From Rhizodiscina lignyota (lineage: Eukaryota): DNA of 64,000 nucleotides. The position numbers were made by a program, and so were the translations under genes. Below the pieces are notes generated by a model that did not search any database, had not been told where the DNA came from, and saw nothing but the letters and a program-made list of their open reading frames with translations. The stretch spans positions 124,001 through 188,000 of the forward strand of contig ML978141.1 in NCBI GenBank assembly GCA_010015805.1. Direction: 5' to 3'. Positions 46,068 through 57,769 of this stretch are shown in pieces (the first letter of the stretch is position 1; each line of letters starts with the position of its first letter).

Positions 46068-48855
46068 TCAATGGCCCTCGATCTCGTCTCCAGCGACATG
46101 CTCGAAACCCTGCGAGAAGAAGATGCGCGCTGGCTTCGTATCCTTGTTCTCGATACTGTAAAAGTTCCCTAGAAAAATTCACTAACCGTTAGTAACCGCT
46201 CTACAAGATTGATCAAGATTTTTCGCGCTGTGCGCGATCCCGAACGCCCAGAAGATATGCGATCCAGAAATAGTGCTCCGCTGAGAAAGAAGCGGATACA
46301 GCACATAAAAGCGGTCCATCACCGCCATTGTGACAGCTGGCAACGACAATGTCGTCAGGCACCGGCCGTTACACAAAGTCAAGCCACAGCCTCGCTGTTC
46401 GCACGGTTGCCTCGCGCAGGACCCAAAACAATACCGCAAGTTCTGTGTAACGCGACACAGCGTCTCGTCTACACCAGGAACCGGGAAATCATTTTGATTT
46501 CTGCGCGGGTACCGCGCGTCATGCAGAGCGGGAATGTGCAGTGGGGGTGTCGTTGCCACCCTGCCACTTGGTCGGGGAAGCATAATGCGACGACTGTCGT
46601 ACAAGAGACAATAGATGTGTACAATGAGAAGTCGTAGGCGAAATAAAGGAGGGATGTGATATATTGATGTTCACCGACTGTTTGACATGGCGTTTGCGCG
46701 TGACGGAGCGAAGAGAAAGGTGCTGCAAGAGGGAGATTGAGACGAAAACGACTCTGGACGTCTGGGCACGCGCACTGAGGAGACTGAAGGAAACATTGAC
46801 TCACCTCTGGGGACCTGCCACACACCTCCTTTGCTGATCGAAAACTCCAAGTCTCCGACTGTGACTAGCACCTTGCCCTCATGCAAGAAGAATATCATCT
46901 GCATCTTGCGCGAGTTCTTCGTGCGTTTGAAGCCGCCAGGAGGAATATCCACAATGCCAGCGCCGAAAAAGGGTAGTGTGAGAATCTTTGCGTAGCTGAA
47001 GCTCGAGCCCATGACATCGCGCGTCTGGATAGCATTCGCTGCAAATGCAACCTCTGTGGAGAGGTTAGTGCCTCAATTCGCGCACATGTAGGGAATACAA
47101 ACTGGATACATACCCATTTCAACATCATCATCCTCAATCGTCATGTTGTACTCTGCGTCCCACGCGCTCACTAAGCCTGTCAAAATGCCGCCTTCCTCTT
47201 CCCACTCTTCCAGATCGCCTTCGTCCTCTTCTTCAATGTCTTCCATCATCTTCGGTTTTGATTTTCTGCCGCCACTGACCTTCCGCTTAGGAGGTTCCAC
47301 CGTTTCTGCCCGGACCACATCCTTGATGGTACCGTCATAGTCGCGGTTGATTCTCTCGCCGCACCACCATGCAACGGGTTGAATCGACGTGCGTCCAAAG
47401 CGCGTCGTAGTCGTCCCTTGCTCTTCCAATGGCGTGCCTTGACGTAGAATTTGGAGGCTACGGGGCTTGCTCCCTGCTCGAGCAGTCCTCGGTTTTGGGT
47501 CCACTTCGTCATCTGCCACGTCTTTGGTGCCGCTGCGCTTTTGAGGGGCTGGACGAGCATTTGGGTCGCGCTCTTTGGGCCCTTTGGAAGCATTCTTGGC
47601 AGATCGCCCCGGTTTGCGCTTTTGAGGCTTCGGTTGAACCGACGAGCCGCGGGCGCGCTTGGATGGTCTTACTTCCTCATCCTCTTCTGTCTCATCTCGA
47701 TGTACATCGAGCTTAGCCTTTCGTGACGATTGAGGCAGCTCCGTGGTCATCTCGCTGTGGTCGTTACTTGGTAATGCACCAGCCATGGTATCTTCCTGGA
47801 TCACAAGCAGAGAAGGGTCTACCGTCGACTCATCAGATGTCGCTTGAGCCACTTCCACCGGTTTTGCGGCACTCTTACGAGGTCTACCGCGTTTTCGTTT
47901 GACTGACTCTGTTGTAGCAGGCGTGCTATCTGTTGTTGGATTATTCTCGGCATTGGTTTTTGGGGCAGTTCGCGGTGTTGATTGAACAAGTAGATCCGGC
48001 AGATGTGTCGTTTCGTTCAAGTTCACCTCTGTAGCATCACCGCCGTCGAGAATTTGAATTGAATCGTCTTCACTCGGTGCGAGCTGTGCGCCTTCCTGTT
48101 CATTCTTGGTTTGTGGTTCCCCTGCATCCAACGGTTCCTGTACGGGAGATGGCTGGATGTCAACTACTTCCGGCGCCGTGTCTACCACAGTATCTTCTGC
48201 ACCAGTTGTGCTACTAATGCCGTACATCTTAGAAGGACTGGTCTCGACACTGGCCCTTGGAGCGTCCTCATCAAAATCCAACCTGCGCCTTACAGAAGCG
48301 ATTTGTTTGGTACGAATGGGTGATCCAAGAGAGCGGCGCGACTCTGAATGTGGCGCTAGAGACGGATGCCTTTGCGGAGAGGAATGAAGGGTTGTCTTGA
48401 TTGGGGATCGCGCCTTTGGGGGTGGCAGTGAAGTTCTTGCGCTACGCGTCAATCGTCGTGCAGATAGTACGTCTATCGGTTCTGGTGCGGAGCCTGTCAA
48501 ACATAGGATTGTCAGCACCTTCGCATACTCTCTTGGTCTGTCTGCAGCGCATAACACATACTCTGCGCAACTTCCATAGACTCAGAGGAAATCTGTTGTA
48601 TGTTCTGTATACTGCGCTTGGGCGGAGACTTTTCTGGAGAAGAGAAGATCGCATCGAGGGGCTCGAAGCCATGCTCATCGCGTCTCCCGGTATCCTTTAC
48701 GGTGATGCCGGTCTTTCTGTTAATTGCATAAGCACTGCTGGCCTGTCTCTGCAATGCGATGGTGAATTGTAAGCATACCTTCCCTGAACCCCAGGTTCGA
48801 AGTAGACGTTCTCGCGCTTCTTGCGCCCTGGTGTCGCGCCGGCGAGCGGCGCCAT
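46068..48855 (-). CDS. MIF2: Kinetochore protein CENP-C/Mif2 (multi-exon)
   Basis: N-terminal GVQGR|KTGITVKDTGRRDEHGFEP.D.IFSSP; KRKRGRPRK AT-hook; CENP-C motif TRFGRTSIQPVAWWCGER; cupin domain GGVWQVPR|GNFYSIEN...ARIFFSQG. Last intron 46169-46804. Confidence 0.93.
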
Positions 48856-49451
48856 AGCTACGAGTGTTGCAGCCACTTTGAGGTCTGCTGCTTGGATAGC
48901 AATGCGCCAGTAGTTGCAAAGGAGGGTCAGTGGGTGCTGACTTTGCTGCCAGCGAGTATTTGTTGTGGTTTCCAACTGTATAACTCGAGGCGGCTGAGGT
49001 TTGTTTACTATCCATATATGCCAAGACTTTTCTTAGACGACGGACCAGCTAACCGTATGTAGCTAGCTCATTTTCATACGCCGCAAATTTGAGATGCTTG
49101 AGGCGGACAACCAGGGGAAATACACAACAGCTATATATCTGAGATTAATGCAGAAAACTAGCCTTATCCTCGCAATTGAACGCGTTCATTTCGACAGTGG
49201 GGAGACTGATCAAGAATCGGGATCCTTCCAGTCTCGTCTCGCACCCTTTACAACAGCGTGGCTATCTTGAGGTCATTGCAACGATCACATCAAGTCAATG
49301 AACAGCTCATGGTGGAAGTCAATCGACGCACTGAGAGTGTGCCAATTACGTTAATTCCTTCTAAGTTGAGCAAGTATGGTCCTCAGATGACTTCGTCTCA
49401 TCATCTTCTACGTTGAACCCGTTCTACTCATCAGCGAAGACTTTCAATCTT

Positions 49452-49928
49452 TCAATTGTATTTTTGAAGTGGCGTTTTATCAAAAAAGTTCCTTATCGCG
49501 CAAATCTGAAATCCGTCTGTTCCTTTACCCGGATCCGCCTTTCTGATAGTATAGATGAAGAACCTGGGAATGGTTGTTCCCTCAGTTTTACCATGCGGCA
49601 CAAACGTCGTCACATCCTCGATATACAGCGTGTACTTCTCCTCCTCCTTGTCCGTTATGAGCACAAACGATTTAGCGTCATGTGTATGTTGGAATGGTCC
49701 AAACAGCTCGTCGTAATGCTCCCATACTACCGCTCCACCATGAATGATTGTGCCATCGGTCTCGGTGAAAACAGTATCTGCAGAGTAAAAGTCATCGAAA
49801 GGCGCATCCCGGAATTCGTTCGGTTTGATAAAGTTGGCACCGTATTTGGCGTAAAAGCTCAGGACTGGGTGTTGAAGAAGGTCAGGTGTGGGAGGGCCGC
49901 TGTGGTAAAGGGTTTCGTATGGCGCCAT
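49452..49928 (-). CDS. Small NTF2/SnoaL-like fold protein
   Basis: 158-aa ORF with DDFYSADTVFTETDGTIIHGGAVVWEHYDELFGPF (NTF2-like F..D..F...G....G pattern) and GKGTDGFQI. Confidence 0.6.
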   Translation of the reverse strand: MAPYETLYHSGPPTPDLLQHPVLSFYAKYGANFIKPNEFRDAPFDDFYSADTVFTETDGTIIHGGAVVWEHYDELFGPFQHTHDAKSFVLITDKEEEKYTLYIEDVTTFVPHGKTEGTTIPRFFIYTIRKADPGKGTDGFQICAIRNFFDKTPLQKYN

Positions 49929-51679
49929 ATTGATTGCAAAGAAGCACGAAACTTGAATTCTGCTTTTGTCGATTTTCGTTCTGTTGGAATTGGATACTAT
50001 ATACCTACAACATCTCTTCTTATATGCTACAAACTTTCATATTGACTGCAATACAATCCCGAGGCGGCGATTAACTCGGCCGAGTTCGCTACAACGCTGT
50101 TACATGCATCCCGGCCGTGAATGCCTCGTACTAAGCTGAACAATGTATGGCAGTAAGTTGTTACTAAGCATTCAGACCGACGCTCTGCTCGAGTTTCGGC
50201 GTTGAGAGTGGGGCTGTCCGCCTCCAATATATACAAGTAGTTAAAGTCGACTGTCGTGCTTCTGCCCAGCGAGGATTCCAGCTTCACGGAAGCTCCGGAC
50301 TTCGTAAAACAAGATCCGTCGACATGTCTATGGTAGCATTGGCTTCATTAGTAATCTTTTACTTTGCATTCGGCTTCTCCGATACTTCAATGAGCGTTAA
50401 CCCAAAAACCCAAAGAGCCAACGATGGCTCTGCTCTTGGACTTCCAATATCCAGCCGGCCGATTTAAGGGAAGCGTTTCTTGCACCCTAGCGCTACCTCG
50501 GTCTCATTTCGAAATATTCTTCTAACGCAGTCAATACCTGCCCGCTGATTCATCACCAGAGGGTTGAGTTCTTCAAAGTCGTTAATAGTGGTGGAGAAGC
50601 GCCACACAATGCATCACGCCCATGATGGCACACTCTTTCGGTCGGGTTCACCATCGAGCTCTCAGCCCGGTTTCAACGTCGTACCGTGACTTCAGGGGCC
50701 ATTTGAGAGACTTCGGTGACATCGGACACAATGCTAAATCCCGCCAAGACGACTCCGCCCAATACCAAGGCATCCGCGCGAGACGTCACGCAAGCATTAA
50801 TGGCTAAGATTTGCTCTGTCTGGCTTGAATTATCTTGACTCTGATTGGCACTGTCTTACCAAGAGCCCCTAATGCCTCGAAATGTGATTAAATGTGATTA
50901 AAAGCGGTCAAAGGGGATGACATCGCGCTCATTTTGACTTTCCCGGGGCCAGACCATTAGTGGCTTTCTCCATACTCCGAAGACGGCCAAGAAGGCTATC
51001 ACGATGCTTATGACAACTAGCATTGATACTACTGCATTTTTCGTCTTCCCCGTGGGTGTTTACCGCACCCTTTCACATCATGATGGGCGAATGACATTGC
51101 TTCTCTCATTCACGAACCTGGGCTTTGTTACTTCTTCAGGAGAGCTAAGGCAGTGGATTTGCTAAGAGTAAGCAGGGCAACACCTATGGATATTTCCACG
51201 GCAGTGCCCAAGATGCGGAGTGTCGAGAGTTGATTGACGTGGAAGAGCTTGAAGGCATTGCGTTGCCCTTCTCCCCTGTTTTGGACCGAAGCCTTGATTG
51301 GCATCGCTTTCAGCGCTTTTATGGAAGCCAGGAGCATCTTTCCCACGTGGCTGCTCTAGAGTTTCAAGTGTGTAAGGCGTGATCGACTTGTCTTGGACTG
51401 ACGCGCGTTGTCTTCGTTGTCGGACATCAGGTCTTCAGGTAATTGCTGCGATGATGGTGACATCGCACGCCACGAAATTAATAGTAACAGGCGTTGAGGA
51501 GAAATCGACATCGAGGTTTCTGCAATACTCGTACATTCGATGTCAGGTATAAGAGGGACTAGGTCGCCAGAGCCTGGCCATCATAATCGAATAATTTCTG
51601 CATAGTCAATCAGTCAAATATATTCCTCAATTCAGGTTTATTGAAATTCATTTTGTGCGGAACGCCCACAGTGTCTACT

Positions 51680-52216
51680 ATGCGTTTTATTGCTCTTACA
51701 CTTCTTGCCGTCCCGGCTCTTAACGTCGTCGCCACTCCGGTCGCAAGTTCTGGAGTGCAAAATGCCGTTGAGCCTCGCTCCGCTGAGTATCCTGTATGTC
51801 TTAGCCTAACGGTTTTCATTCGACCGTTACCGCTCCGAAGCAAATGCTAACACATCATTAGACTTTGTCGAAGAAGAATCATGGGGCTGATCCTCTTCCA
51901 CACCATAGTGGTCTCGATGGGAGGTCGGCGAAGCATGGGGCGGATGACCAATCATAGTGGCCTTGATGGAAAGGTGAAGAGGAAACATGGAACCGATGAT
52001 CCTCTTCCACACCACTCTGGCTTGGATGGCCGATCTGCTAAACACGGTGCTGACGACCCTGTGCCACATCACAGTGGGCTCGACGGCCGTTCGCCCAAGC
52101 ACGGCCACGGTGCCGATGATAACCTCCCGCACCACTCTGGTCTTGATGGACGCTCAGCCAAGCATGGTCATGGTGCCGACGACAACCTTCCACATCACTC
52201 CGGTCTTGATGACTGA
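51680..52216 (+). CDS. Secreted His-rich repeat peptide precursor (KEP-like), two exons, with a frameshift in repeat 2
   Basis: Signal peptide MRFIALTLLAVPALNVVA; intron 51794-51861 (gtatgt...gctaac...ttag); six HG(HG)[A/T]D(D)xxPHHSGLD units, of which unit 2 is broken by a deletion. TATA-like TATAAGA near 51548. Confidence 0.8.
51880..52213 (+). repeat. Six coding tandem repeats of ~54-63 bp
   Basis: CAY (AGT/TCY) GGN YTN GAY recurs six times with different synonymous codons. Confidence 0.9.
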
Positions 52217-53614
52217 AGAAATATTGCTGCGGAGGTGTGGAGGACTTGCATCGAATGACTATGCAATGAGTTACGAAAATAAAGGAAATCAGTCGAGGGG
52301 GATAAGGAACACGACGTAAAATATGAAACGACATTCGGATAACAAGTACTGATTTCTTCCTACATGTACATACACTCTTTGAATGAGATATGACTTATGG
52401 AGTACAGGATAAGGACGTGTTACGCCGTGAATTGTTGCCGTCTTCGTGAAGATCATTGAGCCCTATGACAAGCTTGGATTTTCTAGCACGGGACACTGAA
52501 AGGAGTTTATAACCTGCTGATGTACTTCTGCATTTAAATTAGACACGGGACTCTGAATATATCTTGATTGACACGTACATTCTGAAGATTTATGTCTCCG
52601 CGCTCTCAAAGCTCTCGCCGCGCACAGTACACGTATCGCATATCCTAGCTTTCGCAATAGCTGATAGTATGGCTATGAGACTTATATATCAAGTTAATTA
52701 GGATAAAGGCAGTAATGTCCGATGCCAAACAGACGGGTCGTTTCGTTCTGCGGAACTTGGATAATAAAGGGTGTGAGTAAGACGGTTATCAGTGACATGG
52801 CAAAGAGTAGATATGAGATGAGGGCTAGTTGCATTGGTGGGTTCAGCTACCGAAGTTTAGGTACCCGCTAACCATGTGACTGGGTACTTAACCAGCCGGC
52901 TCGTCGTACTCCGGGTGCATCAAATCTACACGGCACTGCTGACCAACAGTTTACCTCCACTGCAGTTAAAAGCGCACGGGCACGAACAAGCTGTGCTATT
53001 TAGAATAATCCAACGAGAAAATTGGAGAAAGCGCGATATACTCTAAACCATTCTTGTTGGCCTTGTACAGATTCAACAAATATAAGTAGTCTCGAGTGAA
53101 GAGACTATGTACACCTTCACACACCGAGATATTGAATCTGTGGTACAACCTTTTGGCCCATGCAGGTTCTGTGGACATTATTCGATCCACACCACTATGC
53201 GACTGAAAGGGGAACGAATTTAGACTACTTTCCACATTGATTGTTCAGCTAAAGGGTATCTAAAACTTTTATTGTACAAACAAAGGAGATAGGCCATATC
53301 TTTACGCAAGATGTACTCGGCCACTTTGATTTCACCATACCTGTAGTGAAAGAAAAAAGTATCGAATGCCGCCGTGGGACATTTCAGTTCCACCGCATTT
53401 GTAACGAAAGAAAATCATCGAATACCACCGTGAGACACGCATCTGTCCACTATCCCAGGAAAACATCTCCTCGAATCTGCTCCGAAACCTTCAAGAAAGC
53501 TTCCTCAAACAATAGTCAGCTTCCTCATGCTGCGCACGCCCTCCTTGAAGTTTGCATCCCCCTGAAAGCCACTGTCCACTAGTAAGCAGTACCTGTTAGT
53601 TTCATAGGGAAGAA

Positions 53615-56600
53615 TCACTTGAACCTCTTCATGTACTTGTCCGCCGTAAGGAAGTCCAGCTCCATCCACTGCTTCTTCAACGCCATGTGCTGCTCCGTCA
53701 CCTCATGCACGATGACGACGGACCGACGGATCGTGCGTCTCGAGTAATACGCGTGCCGGTGAAACCACTCGATGATGCGCTCTGTAGCCGCATATGGATT
53801 CTCAAGGCCTTCGTAGTCTGGCATGTCGTGCGAGTCTAGGGACAACAATGCCGCGTTGTCACCAGGTCGGGGGACGTTCTCCACCCTCCACGTTTCCGAA
53901 GGGTTGAACTTGTGGTATACATGCCAAGTGATTTCATTGCGGGTGACGTGCTTGTCGTCCTTGGGGAAGCCATTGATCTTTCCATCGCGCAGATCTGCAA
54001 GCCACAACTGGAGGTCAGGGCGGCCGGCCAGTATCCATGTCTTCTTTCCCCACTCTTTGCCCTTGTTCTTCTCTGCCACATGCTTCACAACCGTGAGTGC
54101 GTCTTTGGGGTAGTGCGCGAAGACTTCGTCGGTGATGAAGACGATGCTTCCGCCAGGAAAGATCTTCTTGAAGATGAATTGATTCTCCGTTTGATACACC
54201 CAGCCATCTTCCTTAAGGAATTCATCATTGTTGATGGAGCCGAAAGTGAAGAAATTGCACTTCGAGTTGAGGAAGTACGACAGCTCCGGGATGGTGTAGT
54301 GTTTCCGGAGGGTCGGATGAGTGATGACAACTCCACCACGTTGATCATTCCGGAATAGCGCCTGCCAGCTCTTCCAAGAGCCCTTGACACCCATATGGTA
54401 CACCTTTGCGCCTTTGTCTTGCAGCATCCTTGTGAGGAGCTTGAGTTCGGCAGCGTGAGCCTCTGAGTCGAACATCAAGAAGAAGCGAGGAGCTAGGGGA
54501 GCATTTGGCCACTCGAGCAGCCTCTTAAAACCAACATCATCGATCCCATAAACAGTGTGCAAGACGCTCGCCATTTTGCCCTTGTCTGATCGCATCGATA
54601 TGTTACCTGCACTGAGGCCTCTGACGATTGATGTTTTGAGAGGGGCGCGAATATAGAATTGGAGCGCATGAATTGGGTCGTTCTTTGGTTTGAGGTAGGC
54701 CCATCGGTCTTGACGACTGGGGAACAGGAGAATCGCGAAGTCAGAATGCAAAATCAAGGCGCCGGAGTCGTTGATCTTGAGAGAGTCGCTGTAGACCTCG
54801 AGCGCTTCAGAAGAGGCGGGATCGTTCGGTTTGATTGTGCCAGAGGACAGGAGGTTAGTGGCATTGCCCTGTTCAAGTTAGTGGAAAGGTCCAGATGGTT
54901 GAAAGGTGGAATGGCGCATACCTCTTCCCAAAACACCCTGAAGTTTCCGGCAGTGCAGACCAACTTAACATCTAGCTTCGGCTGTTCGCCATAAGCGGCG
55001 AGAAGCAGAGATCGTGCTTCTTCGTTCAGTCCACCGAATTCCACCGGAATAGCTTGAAGTTGTCCAAAAATCTTCATGTCTGCGACAAACGGTTTTGTGA
55101 CAGGTCGATTTTTAGCTCTAGCCACATTTTCCGGAGAGAACATGTTCCTAAGCATTCGTTCCTCACTTGGCTTCAGGGCATCCGGCGTTCGGCGAGAGTC
55201 GTCAACATCGTGTTCCTTGTCGGGGTTGGTGGATGTGGCGCTCTCTTCAAGTCGGGCGCGGACTTTCCCGAGAGTCGGCACTGCCGCAGTGTTAGTAATT
55301 GGTAAATTCGTCAAGTGAAACATTTCCATGAAACTCACTTTCTCCGCCCCAGGGTCGGCAACTTAGAGGAGGTTCAGCAATCTCGTCGCAAACCACATGG
55401 TAGAACTGACACTGATCTTCTGGCATCTTGCATCCACGGATATTTTTATGTGTCTGGCATATACCAACAGCCCAGAAGAAGCAGGTTTTGTTCGCCTTAA
55501 AGCCGCCGGTGAAGGGATCTCGTGGAACGTGTGCGCTGTCTCGTTCGAAAAATATGCGTTGAGATGGAGCCATCAAGCCGGCCATCAGAAGACCAGTGTT
55601 CCAATGTGCACCATCGCACTCGTCGACAGATTTGTAACATCCTTTTCCGTAGTACCAGAACGCGCATGTAAATGTCCTTCGCCCGCCTGGGAGGGAAACC
55701 TTCAGTGAGTCGCCTCTATGCGCCTGAGCCTTGAGATTGAATGAGGCCGTATAAGGCGTGTCCTCGTGGAGGAAGGAGCACTCGTTATCCTCGTGATCTC
55801 GACACTTTCCTTCGGATCTCCAGGCTGGGCATGTCAGAGGTACTTTGTCGTCTGTTGTCAAATCCAGCCTCTCAGGTATCGGCAGAGTTTGTTCAGGAAC
55901 ATCGGCTCTTGACCATGGCCATCGTGGTTCATTGCGCTGGTTGGAGGTTGTTGCCGCCTCTGTTGTCAGGTCAAGTGGCATGAGAGCTGGTCGAAAGGCA
56001 CCAGTCTCTGGATCAAACGTCTCATGGTTTTCAGCTCCTCCTGGCGGGGGTTTCTCGTTCACTCTGGCGTTGTGAAACCTTGTCAGTTCTGTATGAGTTT
56101 TGGGGAGGGCGGGCCTGGAAGGCTCATGGTTGTCAGCAGTCCTCCTCCGCGGAGGCGCTGTACGCCTATTCGTAACTGGAAGTGGTTTATCCCAGTTTGA
56201 AAAGATATGCTCGCCGTCTTTTACACGCCGTCCCGCCATGTCTGTTGAGAGATCTGAAGTTTGTGCAGCAGGAGTGGTGGGTGTGTTGTTTTGTTGTAAG
56301 TTTTCTGGAGATGTTGTGGTGGGGGTTTGTTTTGGAGGGGTTCGTGTTGTTGTTGTTGCCTGGCCAGTTTTTGCCGCTGTGCTTGGAGCGTTGCTCAGTG
56401 CAGTCTGAGGGAGTTTCTTGGCAAGTGTTGGTGAGGGGGCAAATTTTTTGGCTGGACGCTCTTTCGGCTTGGGAGGGGGAGTGTTAGAGCGGTTTCTCTT
56501 CCTCCGCTTGTCCTTAACGCTGCTGGTTCTCAGCTCCTCCATGAGCGAGTCGTCGCTAAGAGCAGCCTCTTCTCTCAGAGGCCGGTTCGCGCTCTGCCTT

Positions 56601-57190
56601 GACATGTTCCGCTGTAGTGTAGCAAGCGGTACGTCATCCTCATCCTCACTCTCGGCAACAACAAAACCGCCTAGGTGGGGGTGGCCATCGAGCTTCTGTT
56701 TCTTTCGTCTGCTCAGTGGAATATCGTCGTCCGAATCCTCCTTGCCTGCACCATCCGCCCTCTCATCAGAATGGGTGACAAACAGCGCATCGGACGACTC
56801 TGATGGTAGCATGCCCAGTCGTTTCTGCTTAGCAACTCTACGCTTCTTCCGCTCACTCTTCCCAGCTTTGACCCTCTCCACATTGTCCAACCAAGCCTCA
56901 ACGTCAAAAGGCTGGTCGATGGTTTGCTTCACACGTAACTGCTTCTCGTGCCACAACAGAACATACTCCTCTGGAATGCCGTCTGCTGGTTCCCAGGTGG
57001 CACGTTCAACTCCGTAACCCTCCCATTGGATCAGGTATTCCAGCATACCATCTTCCTCGGTCACCCGTTGAGCAAGAATCTTGTCGACGATATAGTCTTT
57101 ACCTTCGCCATAGTTGCTTTTCTCTTCAGTCCAGGTCGAACTGTATAGCGAGATGCTATCTTCGTCCTCGTCTGGGAGTCTGGGCGGCAT
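53615..57190 (-). CDS. Chromodomain protein with three CCCH zinc fingers (Chp1-like architecture), three exons
   Basis: YIVDKILAQ...EYLIQWEGYGVERATWEP chromodomain; TCPAW..C..CSFLH, TCAFW..C..CDGAH and TCFFW..C..CQFYH fingers; a large folded C-terminal region. Confidence 0.85.
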
Positions 57191-57769
57191 GGTTGAAAGG
57201 AGAAAGTTGACAGCAATTGGAGGTCAATAAAGGATTGAAGATGCAATGCCAGCGTCAAGTTTGTAGTACGGACAGCAGCGACGAGGGTATTTCCATCACT
57301 CGGTGTACTCAGCGTATTGGAGTTGGTCCGGCTCGTGACATGTATGTATGGAGTAGAGACGGCAAGTGAAGTGATTAAAGCCACACGAGTGAAAGCGTTC
57401 GGCGTCTCTTGAGAACGTCCGTCTACTCCACCAGGGAGAGACTACCGAGTGAAGGAAAGGAACGAAAGAAGACGAAAAGCGATCAGACGATTTCGAGTGC
57501 GTGATTAGAAGGCGCGCAGAGACGTATGCAGCGTCGGTCACGTGAGGCAGCCACTGATCGGCGTCGCGGCACCCAGGCTGGCACCAAGCCGAAGGCGGTC
57601 GAGCCGTGCATCAGAGGCCACCACCACCAGAGCTCAACTGCCTATTTTGACCCCAGAAAGTCGACCTACCTCGTGCTCTCTGAAAACACTCACGCAACTC
57701 TCTTGTGCCGCTACTCGTCGGTCGCCTTACTCTTTTGCCCCTTATACGCAAGTTCACGGCTGCGCAGTC

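Noticed and set aside
49428..49454. Stop-codon readthrough of the NTF2-like gene (TGA AAG ATT GAA AGT CTT CGC TGA)
   Set aside because: Not a TGA-CTA context, and the extension ends SLR, not a PTS1.
50881..50902. aatgtgatta x2 and similar 10-bp duplications (also 10640-10663)
   Set aside because: Ordinary slippage-scale duplications.
51128..51463. Minus-strand frame with one internal stop upstream of the peptide gene
   Set aside because: No recognisable homology; cannot be distinguished from a chance ORF.
51880..52213. Regularly spaced repeats considered as CRISPR-like or as a dikaritin RiPP cluster
   Set aside because: Eukaryotic coding repeats with synonymous variation and no spacers; no DUF3328 or tyrosinase gene in the window, and no Tyr/Phe/Trp in the repeat.
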